The notes: generated by a model from the sequence alone, not told the origin. A stretch of DNA of 64,000 nucleotides from an uncultured virus (IMG/VR IMGVR_UViG_3300043803_001696) (IMGVR_UViG_3300043803_001696), one strand, 5' to 3'; counted from the stretch's first letter, positions 20,402 to 30,535 are shown. A program made the numbers and translations.

Positions 20402-21478
20402 GTGACCAAAATTTCTCAACTTTCGTCCATTGGTGATTCACTGGCCATTGGTGATCAGTTTTTGATTAGGGACATTGACGACGCAGTCACCCCTAATAAA
20501 AGCGTCACGATTAGTGGCATGACGAGAGCGCTGGATACCGGCACGTTGCTAGCACCAGCGCTGGCCTTTGCTTCTGATAAAAATACCGGCATCTACAGCC
20601 CTGGCGCAGACACGCTGGCCTTCGTCGAAGGCGGCACCGAGGCCATGCGCATCGACAGCTCCGGCAACGTGGGAATCGGGACCACTAGCCCTACCGCACC
20701 GCTACACGTAAACGGAAATATTGCTTTAGACAATGAAGTATTAAACACGCCTAAATATATTAACTTTCGTGCTAACGCAGTTGCTACTGAATATGGCGGA
20801 ATAAGGTGGTATAACTTCCAGTGGAACACTACAATAAGAGCTTCAATAGTATCCGGGCCTGACGGATCTGTTGCCAACGGATATTTAGCATTTTGTACAG
20901 GTGTTAGCGGTAACGACGCCACCGAAAGGATGCGCATCGACAGCTCCGGCAACGTGGGGATTGGCACAACAAGCCCCAGCACATATGTTCAAGACAATGG
21001 TCTTGCAGTATACCGCAATGCAAATAACTCTCAACCCAATTTTAGTGTAGTCAATGCAAGCGCTAGCGGTAACGCGGCATCAGTTTTACAAATACTTGGT
21101 AGCGGTGGAAGTTGTTTAATCTCGACTACATCTTCAGGATGGACAGACTACGGTATTATTAAGAGCGCCTCTACAACTGTTGAGTCACGAAATAACTGGC
21201 TTTCATTTGGTGCGCCGAATGGTTTTATTTTTGGAACGGGCGCGACACCGTATGTAGAAAAGATGCGCATCGACAGCTCCGGCCGTGTGGGGATTGGGAC
21301 TAGTAGCCCCACCACGCTGCTAGATGTAAACGCGGACACCATTCGCGTGCGCACTGCCCGCACACCAGCATCTGCATCTGCTAGCGGCGCTACCGGCGAA
21401 ATCTGCTGGGACGCCAACTACATCTACGTCTGCACGGCGACAAACACATGGAAGCGCACGGCAATCAGCACATGGTGA
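20402..21478 (+). CDS. modular tail fibre protein
   Basis: Three MRIDSSG[NR]VGIGT[TS]SP repeats; C-terminal GEICWDANYIYVCTATNTWKR. Confidence 0.8.
   Translation: MTKISQLSSIGDSLAIGDQFLIRDIDDAVTPNKSVTISGMTRALDTGTLLAPALAFASDKNTGIYSPGADTLAFVEGGTEAMRIDSSGNVGIGTTSPTAPLHVNGNIALDNEVLNTPKYINFRANAVATEYGGIRWYNFQWNTTIRASIVSGPDGSVANGYLAFCTGVSGNDATERMRIDSSGNVGIGTTSPSTYVQDNGLAVYRNANNSQPNFSVVNASASGNAASVLQILGSGGSCLISTTSSGWTDYGIIKSASTTVESRNNWLSFGAPNGFIFGTGATPYVEKMRIDSSGRVGIGTSSPTTLLDVNADTIRVRTARTPASASASGATGEICWDANYIYVCTATNTWKRTAISTW
20645..21283 (+). repeat. three identical 21-bp repeats ATGCGCATCGACAGCTCCGGC
   Basis: At 20645-20665, 20930-20950 and 21263-21283; the first two share 29 bp. Confidence 0.95.
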
Positions 21479-21564
21479 TGTCTACCGCAAGTCAGACGGC
21501 ACCTTGATGATCGCTTACTAGGCACGCTCACCCCAGCCACAGTTCACCTACCACCACCTGACCC

Positions 21565-21882
21565 ATGACTACCACCACTGAGTACACCTGGGGCATCGCC
21601 CAGATGGAGCGCCACACCGCTGACGGCTATGTTTATACCGCCCACTACACCGTGGACGCCAATGACGGCACCTATTCCGCTGGTGCCTACGGCAGTGTCG
21701 GCTTCCAGCGCCCCGAAAACTTGATTCCTTTTTCTGATCTCACCCAGGAACAGGTGATTGGCTGGACGCAAGAAGCCCTTGGCGGTGATGAAAAGGTTGC
21801 TGAAATTGAAGCAGCTCTCCAAGGCCAGCTTGATGAGCAGCACGCTCCCACGAAAGCCGCAGGGCTTCCTTGGGCCAGTTAA
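21565..21882 (+). CDS. fibre-associated protein (chaperone-like)
   Basis: 105 aa, IPFSDLTQEQVIGW...GLPW; follows the fibre gene. Confidence 0.6.
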   Translation: MTTTTEYTWGIAQMERHTADGYVYTAHYTVDANDGTYSAGAYGSVGFQRPENLIPFSDLTQEQVIGWTQEALGGDEKVAEIEAALQGQLDEQHAPTKAAGLPWAS

Positions 21883-21907
21883 GCTTTAACTTCCTTCTCG
21901 TTTTTCA

Positions 21908-22054
21908 ATGGCAGTAAAAAGCAAAGGCGGCAGTGCAGCCCTTAAGCGCCAGCATGAGCCAGGGCCCCCTAAGACCACTTCCATTGGACAGGGCCAAAAT
22001 TCGCGTCCACGCAGGCGTGGGAAAAAGCCTACAAGAGGCCAGGGAAAAGGCTGA
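21908..22054 (+). CDS. small basic protein (48 aa)
   Basis: Read by hand: MAVKSKGGSAALKRQHEPGPPKTTSIGQGQNSRPRRRGKKPTRGQGKG. Confidence 0.65.
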   Translation: MAVKSKGGSAALKRQHEPGPPKTTSIGQGQNSRPRRRGKKPTRGQGKG

Positions 22055-22083
22055 TTGACGGCTCACCATGAGGAGGCTACCAT
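22055..22083 (+). promoter_or_regulatory. sigma70-like promoter
   Basis: TTGACG-17 nt-TACCAT. Confidence 0.5.
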
Positions 22084-22106
22084 TCTGGGGCCTCCTTTTT
22101 CATGCC

Positions 22107-22358
22107 ATGCCTTTCGTCAACACCATTTCCTTTGCCCATCGCTTTTCTGATGATGAAGCGATGGAAGGGTATTGTTCCTACAAAGAAGTTAATCACACCT
22201 ATAGCGGAGATGGCGCCCAGGCGGTTTCACGAGCCTTCTTTGAATTTATGATGGCCTGCGGCTATCTTCCCCATAGCATTATTGAGGCAATGCAGGATAT
22301 TAGCAGCGAGTACAAAAGAACCTGCGGCTACAATAAGGAAAAGACAATGGAAAAATAA
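22107..22358 (+). CDS. hypothetical protein
   Basis: ORF 22068-22358; likely start at ATG 22107, downstream of the promoter. Confidence 0.55.
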   Translation: MPFVNTISFAHRFSDDEAMEGYCSYKEVNHTYSGDGAQAVSRAFFEFMMACGYLPHSIIEAMQDISSEYKRTCGYNKEKTMEK

Positions 22359-23584
22359 TGGGGCAAGTAATTGCTGGCGGCGAACAGTTTGAAACCCACA
22401 TAGAGGCTGATCATAGGGGTCGCGTGCTGCAAAGCGGCCCTGACAGCGGAATGGTCGATGCCTTTGGTCGCCAGCGCGTCAGCGCTCCCTACACGCTGTT
22501 TGATAGCACGCTGCGCTATGACAAGCGGCCAGATCAATGGTTTGAAGTTGTTTCTGGAGGTGGTAGCTCGACATTCTTGCCAAATGAGTGCAGTGTTGCA
22601 ATGACAGTTGGTACGGCTTCTGGAAGCACAGTGCTTCGCCGTACTAAACAAAACTTTCCTTACCAGGCAGGCAAAAGCCTGATGATCATGCAAAGCTTCG
22701 CTGGCGCCACTCTTGCTGCTGGCGTCACTCAAGAAATTGGCTTTTTTGATAATAACAACGGCGTTTTCGTAAGGGCTAGTGGCACAACCATTCAATTCGT
22801 GGTAAGAAGTTTTGCTACTGGAGCAGTGGTTGAAAATGTGGTCAACCAAAGCAATTGGAACATTGACACGCTGCCATCTTTGAACTTTGCCAAGGCTCAA
22901 ATTTTCACTGCTGATCTTGAATGGTTAGGAGTGGGGCGTGTGCGTTGCGGGTTTGTTATTGATGGTGAAGTGACGTATTGCCATGAATTTCAACATGCCA
23001 ATTTGATTGATTCTGTCTATATGCAAACGGCAATTTTGCCATTGTCCTATCGCATTCACAACAGCACTGCACAGGCTTCTGGTCGCACCTTAAAGCAGAT
23101 TTGTTGCAGTATTTTAAGCGAAGGAGGCTATGAGCCAGATGGGGCAATTTATTCGATTAGCCATGATTTAGGGGCGGTTGCTAATGCAACTGGAGAGCGT
23201 GTTACTGCTGGCATTCGCATGGCAAGTGGTCGTACTGGCAATGTCATTCTTCCTGTGCGGATTTCTACGACCACTGCTTCCAACGATGTGGTGCTATGGC
23301 GTTTGCGCTTAAATCCAACCGTGTCTGGCGTTACTTGGGTGCCTGCGGACAATGGAAGGGGAAATGTCGAGACTATTACCAGCGCCACATCGGTGTCTGG
23401 TGGCACTGTAATTGACTCTGGATTTGTTTCACAGGGATCAGCAAATAACTATGCAGTGGCAGAAGCCATTCGTCTTGCTTTGGGGCAGAATGCGTCTGGC
23501 GTGAGCGACACCTTAATTTTGACAGTAGACAGCAATGTTAGTGCTAAAGCCCTTGGGATGATTGGATGGGTTGAAGTGGCGTAG
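22358..23584 (+). CDS. virion protein, distant paralogue of 13803/15555
   Basis: DAFGRQRVS, FPYQAGKS, KAQIFTADLEWLGVGRVR, GWVE end. Confidence 0.65.
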   Translation: MGQVIAGGEQFETHIEADHRGRVLQSGPDSGMVDAFGRQRVSAPYTLFDSTLRYDKRPDQWFEVVSGGGSSTFLPNECSVAMTVGTASGSTVLRRTKQNFPYQAGKSLMIMQSFAGATLAAGVTQEIGFFDNNNGVFVRASGTTIQFVVRSFATGAVVENVVNQSNWNIDTLPSLNFAKAQIFTADLEWLGVGRVRCGFVIDGEVTYCHEFQHANLIDSVYMQTAILPLSYRIHNSTAQASGRTLKQICCSILSEGGYEPDGAIYSISHDLGAVANATGERVTAGIRMASGRTGNVILPVRISTTTASNDVVLWRLRLNPTVSGVTWVPADNGRGNVETITSATSVSGGTVIDSGFVSQGSANNYAVAEAIRLALGQNASGVSDTLILTVDSNVSAKALGMIGWVEVA

Positions 23585-23640
23585 GATAGAACTGTAACAA
23601 GGCAATAGTTGTAGACTGTTCTAATGATGCCAAGCGAAAT

Positions 23641-23982
23641 GTGGATCCAGCACGTTACGACATAACTATTCATCAAGGCGCCACCTTTCAAATGGCCCTT
23701 CAATACAAGGATAGTGCTGGCACGCCAGTCAACATGAATGGTTACGCCTTGGAGGCTGAGCTATGGAATCGCACTGGCACTGCAAAACTTGCCAATTTTG
23801 CCACTCCATGGACCGTTCAATCCAGTGGCATGTTTAATTTGCGGCTTTCCAGTGCTGTCACATCCGGCATCACAGAACAAGGGCAATACGATTTAATGAT
23901 TACGGAGCCGGGTGGTGATAAATACTACTTATTGCAAGGCACTGCTTATATTGACCTGGGGCTGACTGGACGAGGATTGTGA
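23641..23982 (+). CDS. adaptor-like structural protein
   Basis: [11 protein letters not shown]...YDL...YYLLQG pattern; precedes the collagen gene. Confidence 0.6.
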   Translation: MDPARYDITIHQGATFQMALQYKDSAGTPVNMNGYALEAELWNRTGTAKLANFATPWTVQSSGMFNLRLSSAVTSGITEQGQYDLMITEPGGDKYYLLQGTAYIDLGLTGRGL

Positions 23983-25136
23983 TGGCTGGCAATATTACTA
24001 TCACGCAAGACAACACGCAACTTGTCATTACAGAAGAGAGCGGCAATGAAGTGGTGGTTCTTGCCACCAGCTCTCCCTCTATTGTTCTGAGTGGAGACGG
24101 GCCACAGGGCGCAATTGGTGTTACAGGCGCAACTGGCGTGCAGGGTGTCACTGGCGTTCAAGGGGCCACGGGCATTACTGGCGCCAGTGGTCCAGTGGGT
24201 GCCACTGGAGTGCAAGGCCCAACGGGAGCAACTGGCGTGGTGGGCGTTACAGGCGCTACGGGCGCCACTGGCGCTCAAGGGGCCACGGGCCCGGTGGGTA
24301 TCACTGGAGCCACTGGTGCTACCGGCGTAATTGGCGTTAGTGGCGCTACTGGGCCAATTGGTGCCACAGGGGTGATTGGCCCCACTGGTGTGTCAGGCCC
24401 CACTGGAGCGACTGGCGCCCTGGGCGCTACTGGCGTTCAAGGGGCCACGGGTGCCACGGGAGTAGTGGGCGTGTCTGGTGCTACTGGCCCGGTGGGAATC
24501 ACAGGGGCAACTGGTGCAATTGGTGTGTCAGGAGCAACAGGCGCCACTGGTGCAATTGGTGTGTCAGGAGCGACAGGCGCCACTGGTGCGACGGGCATTG
24601 GCATCACAGGTGCTACTGGTGCTACTGGCGTGGTTGGCGTGAGTGGCGCCACGGGGGCCATTGGATCCACGGGTATTCAAGGTGCTACTGGACCTATTGG
24701 GCCGACTGGTGCAACAGGTGTAGCGGGAGACACTGGCCCAATTGGAGCCACTGGTGCTTCAGGCGTTCAGGGCGCGACGGGGGTTCAGGGCGCCACTGGC
24801 GTTATTGGTATCACTGGCGCTACTGGAGTTACTGGTGCCACGGGAGTTGTGGGTGTTAGTGGTGCTACGGGCGTACAAGGCGCTACTGGCGCCACAGGTC
24901 CCGCAGGGGATACTGTTACCATTGGAGCCAATGCCGCAGATGTTCTTTCTGCTATAGCAGGGGAAATTACCGCAGACGATGCTGCTGATGACAAGATTGT
25001 TTTTTGGGATGACAGTGCAAGTAAGTTGACATATCTTACAGTAGGAAGTAACTTGACTATTTCCGGCACTACAATTTCAGCTAGTGGCGGCGGGTCTGTC
25101 AGTGTTGATCCTGTTATCGCTGGGATGATTTTCTGA
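23979..25136 (+). CDS. collagen-like fibre protein
   Basis: Long uninterrupted Gly-X-Y run dominated by G-A-T/G-V-T/G-I-T. Confidence 0.93.
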   Translation: MMAGNITITQDNTQLVITEESGNEVVVLATSSPSIVLSGDGPQGAIGVTGATGVQGVTGVQGATGITGASGPVGATGVQGPTGATGVVGVTGATGATGAQGATGPVGITGATGATGVIGVSGATGPIGATGVIGPTGVSGPTGATGALGATGVQGATGATGVVGVSGATGPVGITGATGAIGVSGATGATGAIGVSGATGATGATGIGITGATGATGVVGVSGATGAIGSTGIQGATGPIGPTGATGVAGDTGPIGATGASGVQGATGVQGATGVIGITGATGVTGATGVVGVSGATGVQGATGATGPAGDTVTIGANAADVLSAIAGEITADDAADDKIVFWDDSASKLTYLTVGSNLTISGTTISASGGGSVSVDPVIAGMIF

Positions 25137-25495
25137 TGGCTGCTCCAAACCTTAAAAACCCAACGACAATCCTGGGACGCACAGCCCGTTATGCCGTCAC
25201 GACGAGCTTGGCCGCGGCCCTGAGCAACAGCGCCGCCAGCGGTAAGGTGCTGAAGATCAACAGCATCTTCTGCGCCAATGTGGATGGCGTGAATGCTGCT
25301 GACATCAGCGTGAGCATCTTTGATGGGACAACTGATCGCTACATTGCCAGGACGATTGCAGTGCCTGCTGACGCTACGCAAGTGCTCAGCACTAAAGAGA
25401 CGTACTTCTACCTAGAGGAAGGCGACAGCATCCGTGCCTTGGCCAGTGCGGCAAGCGACTTGGAACTGGTGATCGGCTACGAGGAGATCAGCTAA
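25136..25495 (+). CDS. virion structural protein
   Basis: MAAPN...YLEEGDSIRA...SDLE...YEEIS; coupled to both neighbours. Confidence 0.6.
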   Translation: MAAPNLKNPTTILGRTARYAVTTSLAAALSNSAASGKVLKINSIFCANVDGVNAADISVSIFDGTTDRYIARTIAVPADATQVLSTKETYFYLEEGDSIRALASAASDLELVIGYEEIS

Positions 25496-27144
25496 TGAGA
25501 CTTGGACTGATTGGCGGAACGGATAGCAAGCGCACCAGCGGGGTGTATCAGCCCGAGGACGTGGTGGCGTTGCAAGATGCCAAAAAGTACGTCTCGCGCT
25601 TTGGTTATGACGGCGTTTTCAACGCTTTGACCAGCTCTGGCGCTGAAGAGGGCTTTGATGTTAGCCGTGACGGACGCTATGTCTATGTTGCGGTGCGTGG
25701 TACGCGAACTACTGCAACCATCTTTCAGTACGAATGCACAACACCTTGGAATCTTGCAACGATCACCTACTCCAGTAAAAGCCTAGTCGTTGGCGATTAT
25801 GAACTTAACTGCAATGGCATCGCTATCAGTGATGATGGCACCCGCCTTTATTTCACCGGGTATAATGTAGATACCGTGTGGTCTTGCACATTATCCACGC
25901 CTTACGATCTTGCCACTGCCACAGTTGACGTGAAGAAAGTCTACGTCGGCGGGCAAGACACAGTGCCGAGCACGCCATTCTTTGGCGACAGCGGCACCAA
26001 GATGTATGTCATGGGTACCAACAATGACACGGTGTATCAGTACACACTAAGCACTGCTTGGGACGTCACCACGGCTACTTACGCCAGCAAAAGTTTCAGT
26101 GTCACGACGCAAGATACTACACCGCAAGGCATTTTCTTTAAGAGTGATGGCCTGGCTTTTTACATGGTTGGGCAAACGACCGATACCGTTTATCAATATA
26201 CTTTAAGCACTGCTTGGGACATTAGCACTGCAAGTTACGCCAGTCTTAGCTTTTCTGTCGCCACGCAGGAAACGTCGCCTCGCGCATTGTTCTTCACGTC
26301 AGGCGGCAGCAGGATGTTTGTCATCGGTACAAGTGGCGACGACGTTAATGAATACAATCTAGGCACCTCCTGGGATGTCAGCACAGCATCTTTTGTGCGC
26401 GTGTCTGCGACAGTCGGTGAAGCAACTCCTACCGGACTCTGGTTCAAGGAAGATGGCTTTAAAATGTATATCACTGGACAAGGCAACGACACTATTAGAG
26501 AGTTTTCGTTGTCATCAGCCTTTAACGTATCCACAATTTCTTTTGTACGCTCACTATCTATTGGATTTGAAGCCAATCCCACAGGTATAACTTTCAAGGA
26601 CGACGGTACTGAGTTATATGTTTTAGGTCAGACAAATGACACTGTTTACGAAATCCAACTCGGCACTGCATGGGACATCAGCACTGCCAGGGGATTTATT
26701 TATGTATTTGCTACAGAAAGTGCTCCTCGCGGTATTCACATCAACAGCGATGGAACCCTGCTATTTCTTGCCGGCACTGCCTCTAACAACATTCGTAAAT
26801 ACACACTTTCTACTGCCTACGAGGTGGGAACTGCCACATTGTCCCAGAGCTTTGCATTGACGGGAGCCCTTGGAGTTCACGTTACTGCGGACGGTCGAAC
26901 CATGTACGCATCCACTAGCGACACTGCCTTAAATGGAGGAAGACAAGTTAGGCAGATTTCAATGACATCACCTAACGATCTGACAACGGCATCTCTTAAT
27001 ACCACGGAATTGATTGCATTTTATGGTTTGACCGGACCAGTTGGTCTGGTGTGGGGCGTCCGCGTATCGCCTGATAACACTCGTATGTTTGCGCTCACCG
27101 ACAGTGCGCAGGGCCTATACCAATTCTCTCTGAGGTTTGCGTGA
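25495..27144 (+). CDS. beta-propeller repeat protein (putative receptor-binding)
   Basis: Repeated D-T-V-Y-Q-Y-T-L-S-T-A-W-D-[VI]-[ST]-T-A / G-x-x-F-K-x-D-G blades. Confidence 0.8.
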   Translation: MRLGLIGGTDSKRTSGVYQPEDVVALQDAKKYVSRFGYDGVFNALTSSGAEEGFDVSRDGRYVYVAVRGTRTTATIFQYECTTPWNLATITYSSKSLVVGDYELNCNGIAISDDGTRLYFTGYNVDTVWSCTLSTPYDLATATVDVKKVYVGGQDTVPSTPFFGDSGTKMYVMGTNNDTVYQYTLSTAWDVTTATYASKSFSVTTQDTTPQGIFFKSDGLAFYMVGQTTDTVYQYTLSTAWDISTASYASLSFSVATQETSPRALFFTSGGSRMFVIGTSGDDVNEYNLGTSWDVSTASFVRVSATVGEATPTGLWFKEDGFKMYITGQGNDTIREFSLSSAFNVSTISFVRSLSIGFEANPTGITFKDDGTELYVLGQTNDTVYEIQLGTAWDISTARGFIYVFATESAPRGIHINSDGTLLFLAGTASNNIRKYTLSTAYEVGTATLSQSFALTGALGVHVTADGRTMYASTSDTALNGGRQVRQISMTSPNDLTTASLNTTELIAFYGLTGPVGLVWGVRVSPDNTRMFALTDSAQGLYQFSLRFA

Positions 27145-27488
27145 TGCTCTACTCCTTCCACGGCAATCGCCCTGCCCCGCTCCCCTTCCGCATCACCTTG
27201 CCCAACGGTTTCACCCGCACCGATCCGAGCACCTTCACCGAGGATGAGATCCTCATTGCTGGTTTCACCGGCCCCTATGTTGAACCGCCTTACGACCCTG
27301 CCACGGAGCAACTCGACTGGGCGGATGGTATCTACACCGTCGTTTCACTGCCGCCTGCGCCACCCGCGCCTGAACCCTTGGACCTCACCGCCACTGCTAA
27401 TGGCATCCTCGCCGCAGCAGCTACGGGTGACGCTAAGCTACTTGCCACGTTGTTGAGCGATCTCTTGGCAGCGGCTAAGCAAGTATGA
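27141..27488 (+). CDS. fibre-associated protein
   Basis: LPFRITLPNGFTRTD...PPYDP...QLDW. Confidence 0.55.
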   Translation: MMLYSFHGNRPAPLPFRITLPNGFTRTDPSTFTEDEILIAGFTGPYVEPPYDPATEQLDWADGIYTVVSLPPAPPAPEPLDLTATANGILAAAATGDAKLLATLLSDLLAAAKQV

Positions 27489-27495
27489 TCGTTGA

Positions 27496-29097
27496 ATGAA
27501 GCCACGCCTACACTTAATCGGTATTTTTCATACCCAGCACACTCAGTCTTATAGCCATTGCGCTTTCACGGGCAAAGCCTTGCGCTTTCCCAAGATGATG
27601 CAGGACCAAGGCTATGAAGTGATTGAGTACAGTAATGAAGGAAGTGAAGGTGGTGCTGATGAGTACATCACCATGCTCGACGCAGCGGAGTTCAACACGC
27701 TATTCAAACGCAGCTCTACCGACTTCCACGGCAACGACGCCACCGTTGGCAGCGAAGCCCACCAAATCTTTGAGCAACGCCTTATCCCCGCCTTACGCGA
27801 GCACCTCCAGCCACAAGACATCATCTGTCACCCGTTTGGCCATGCGCACCAACAGCTCATGGCTGAGTTCCCCGGTCACCAGCACGTTGAGACTGGCATC
27901 GGCTACCCCACGCTGATGCCAAATAGTTTTCGTATTTTTGAAAGCTACGCATGGATGCACTACCACCAAGGCAAAGAAGGTCGCAATGGAAAGAACTACG
28001 AATGGGTGGTGCCTAATTATTACGACTTGGATGACTGGGAGCCTAATTATGAACCTGGTCAATACCTTGCCTTCTTGGGTCGCATTACTCCCCTGAAGGG
28101 CATTGATACGATCAAGGCGATTGCCGACCACAGTCCTTGGCCCATTGTGCTCCATGGCCAAGGAGATCCGTCTCCCTGGACCCATCCAAACATTGAATAT
28201 AGAGGGCCAATAACAGGGCGCAAGCGTTCTGATTTTCTGCGCAATGCTCGCGCTTTATTGGCTCCAACAGTATTCACTGAGCCGTTTTGCGGCATGGCCG
28301 TTGAAGCCATGCTATGTGGCACTCCAGTGGTGTCAGTAGATTATGGTGCCATGACCGAAACTGTCATTCCTGGGGTTAGCGGATTTCATTGTCACACTTT
28401 GCAGGATTGGGTGGATGGTATTCATGGCGTGGGGAGTTTAGACCGTCAAATGATTGCCACAATTGCTCGCAATAAATGGTCGCTAGAAGCTTGCGGGAAG
28501 CGTTATGACAAAATCTTCCAGCAACTAAACGCCTTGTACCGCAATGGTTGGTACGAACTTAGGGAGATTAGTTTCAATCAAATTACACACGAAGAAACCC
28601 CTTTTGCTGAACGTTTAGCAGAATGGATTTCTACCAATATCAATCCGGCAAGCGTATTGGACGTTGGCTGCGGCCCTGGTATTTATGTGGACGCATTGAG
28701 GAGTAGGGGAATTTCCGCTATTGGCATTGATACTGATGATCGCGTGGTAGGCAAGCCTTATCTGCGTCAAGAAAGTCTATTTGAAAATGAAGATACAGCC
28801 GAAGTCGTAATCTGCCTTGAAGTTGCCGAGCATATTGCAGAGGAACAAGCAGGCAACGTAGCGGCTTGTGTTGCTGCCAATGTCAAACCCGGCGGCATCT
28901 TAATTTGGAGCGCTGCACACCCCGGCCAAGGCGGCACTGGCCACATTAACTGCCAGCCAAAAACTTACTGGGCGGAACTATTAACTTGGCACGGCCTTGC
29001 ACGCGACGAGGAACTAGAGCAACGGCTAGTGGATCATGCTAAAAATGGTTATCACATGGGCTGGTTTGTCCAGAACGCCATGGTATTCAAGCGTTAG
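27496..29097 (+). CDS. GT-B (GT4-like) glycosyltransferase fused to SAM-dependent methyltransferase
   Basis: FLGRITPLKG and EPFCGMAVEAMLCGTPVV; C-terminal VLDVGCGPG, CLEVAEH, GQGGTGHINCQ. Confidence 0.9.
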   Translation: MKPRLHLIGIFHTQHTQSYSHCAFTGKALRFPKMMQDQGYEVIEYSNEGSEGGADEYITMLDAAEFNTLFKRSSTDFHGNDATVGSEAHQIFEQRLIPALREHLQPQDIICHPFGHAHQQLMAEFPGHQHVETGIGYPTLMPNSFRIFESYAWMHYHQGKEGRNGKNYEWVVPNYYDLDDWEPNYEPGQYLAFLGRITPLKGIDTIKAIADHSPWPIVLHGQGDPSPWTHPNIEYRGPITGRKRSDFLRNARALLAPTVFTEPFCGMAVEAMLCGTPVVSVDYGAMTETVIPGVSGFHCHTLQDWVDGIHGVGSLDRQMIATIARNKWSLEACGKRYDKIFQQLNALYRNGWYELREISFNQITHEETPFAERLAEWISTNINPASVLDVGCGPGIYVDALRSRGISAIGIDTDDRVVGKPYLRQESLFENEDTAEVVICLEVAEHIAEEQAGNVAACVAANVKPGGILIWSAAHPGQGGTGHINCQPKTYWAELLTWHGLARDEELEQRLVDHAKNGYHMGWFVQNAMVFKR

Positions 29098-29235
29098 TGC
29101 TTGATATTTTTAGGCATTGCGCAATGCGGGTGATATGGATGCACACAATGTATATACATTTTTGAAACCATTGCCAAACCCGCCGAAAACAGACACAGCC
29201 CGACAACGATTTCCATGGCCACTAAAAAGCTTGTT

Positions 29236-29625
29236 TTATTGTAGCTTCCAGGTGATGCGCAATTCTCCCCCCAAAGCCTTCACGTCATCGCTCGCGCTTT
29301 CTGGAGCTTCATGAACAATCATCACCGATGGCACCACTGCATTCGGCAATGGCGTGATAGTGGCTTGCGGAAATAGTTCTTGGGCCTTTTCGGCAAGCTT
29401 GTCGGCAATAATCTTTCTCTCCTCTTTCTCCCATTGCTCCACTAGCTCTTTCGCTTGCGCATCCACTTTTTTGAGCGTATTGTGCGTTTTCCATTCAGTC
29501 CAAAACGGGAAGCAATATTCAAGGAGCAAGGGAAACCATGGGAACAGGCGAACGCGAGACCATTGCTTGGCCACTTCTAGCGCCAGCTCATAACAGAGCG
29601 CAAGAAGAACCGTCTGCTTGCTCAT
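29236..29625 (-). CDS. hypothetical protein (lysis cassette, possibly membrane-associated)
   Basis: Coupled to the YkuD-like gene; hydrophobic N-terminus then coiled coil. Confidence 0.5.
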   Translation of the reverse strand: MSKQTVLLALCYELALEVAKQWSRVRLFPWFPLLLEYCFPFWTEWKTHNTLKKVDAQAKELVEQWEKEERKIIADKLAEKAQELFPQATITPLPNAVVPSVMIVHEAPESASDDVKALGGELRITWKLQ

Positions 29626-30134
29626 CCTTCTTGATAAACACTGACGAAGACCTTCCCTTTCCTGTAGAGAGGAAGCACCTTGTCAATTAGATGGCGGTTA
29701 TGCGTGCGAAGACAACCATGAGTGCCTACAAGGGGCTGCATGGGCGCCCAGGCGCCAGGCCATCCCAAGGCAGAGCCACCACCATGAAGGCCAATCCCAG
29801 CCCGTCCAATGCCCGTCTCTTGGTTTTCTAGGTCAATCATGTCATAGAAGGCCCAGCCATAAGCCATTAGGGTGCGGTCAAAAGCAGGATTATTTCCATT
29901 GATGGAATAATCGTTGTAGAGCTGACCAAGCCTGTAGAGGCCAGGAGGCGTGTCAGACCTTTGCACTTTCCATTCGTAGTCACTGTACTGACCACGCGCA
30001 AGACACGGCACTTCCCATAGAAGCTTTCCCTCAAAAGAGAAAGCTTTCATTGTCTCCGTTTTGTCGTTTACTACTAAATGAGAATCATTTGCAGTAAAAC
30101 CAAAATCCTGCGGGCGCTTCTTGGGGCCAATCAT
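29622..30134 (-). CDS. L,D-transpeptidase (YkuD)-like protein, candidate endolysin
   Basis: TPPGLY, IGLHGGG...THGCLR catalytic His/Cys motif. Confidence 0.8.
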   Translation of the reverse strand: MIGPKKRPQDFGFTANDSHLVVNDKTETMKAFSFEGKLLWEVPCLARGQYSDYEWKVQRSDTPPGLYRLGQLYNDYSINGNNPAFDRTLMAYGWAFYDMIDLENQETGIGRAGIGLHGGGSALGWPGAWAPMQPLVGTHGCLRTHNRHLIDKVLPLYRKGKVFVSVYQEG

Positions 30135-30278
30135 TTACGGCTTAGCGCGAAAGATGGTCTTCAGACCTTCCATAAGCAGTTGTAAGATGTTATTGCTTTT
30201 CCACGGCGAGTGATCAAGAATTTGATCTGCAGCAGCAACAAGAATGCCGCCAATCACAAACCACTGAATGGGTTCCAT
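30135..30278 (-). CDS. small membrane protein, candidate holin (47 aa)
   Basis: Read by hand: MEPIQWFVIGGILVAAADQILDHSPWKSNNILQLLMEGLKTIFRAKP. Confidence 0.6.
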   Translation of the reverse strand: MEPIQWFVIGGILVAAADQILDHSPWKSNNILQLLMEGLKTIFRAKP

Positions 30279-30301
30279 GCTTCTGAAGCGTTTTCTAAAT
30301 C

Positions 30302-30535
30302 CTAACGCTTGATTTCCAAAGATCGCACACGCGACTCTAAGGCTCTAATATTCTCCGTCAGATCATCAAGTTTTTCAGTGATATTTTCCACTTGAGTGGT
30401 AATTTTCACTTGCTGATGGCCAATGCTCATCATCATGCCACCAGTGGCAAGAAGCATGCCAGCCGTAATGCTAACAGCCAAGTTAGCAAGCTTATCCTGC
30501 CATTCTTCCATTGGTCGTTGATAGCATTTTCTCAC
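30302..30535 (-). CDS. TM + coiled-coil protein (holin/lysis accessory)
   Basis: Hydrophobic helix then LESRVRSLE coiled coil. Confidence 0.5.
   Translation of the reverse strand: MRKCYQRPMEEWQDKLANLAVSITAGMLLATGGMMMSIGHQQVKITTQVENITEKLDDLTENIRALESRVRSLEIKR

Noticed and set aside
20402..27144. Diversity-generating retroelement or invertase shufflon acting on the fibres
   Set aside because: No reverse transcriptase, no adenine-only variant repeat pair and no recombinase or inverted cassettes seen in the window
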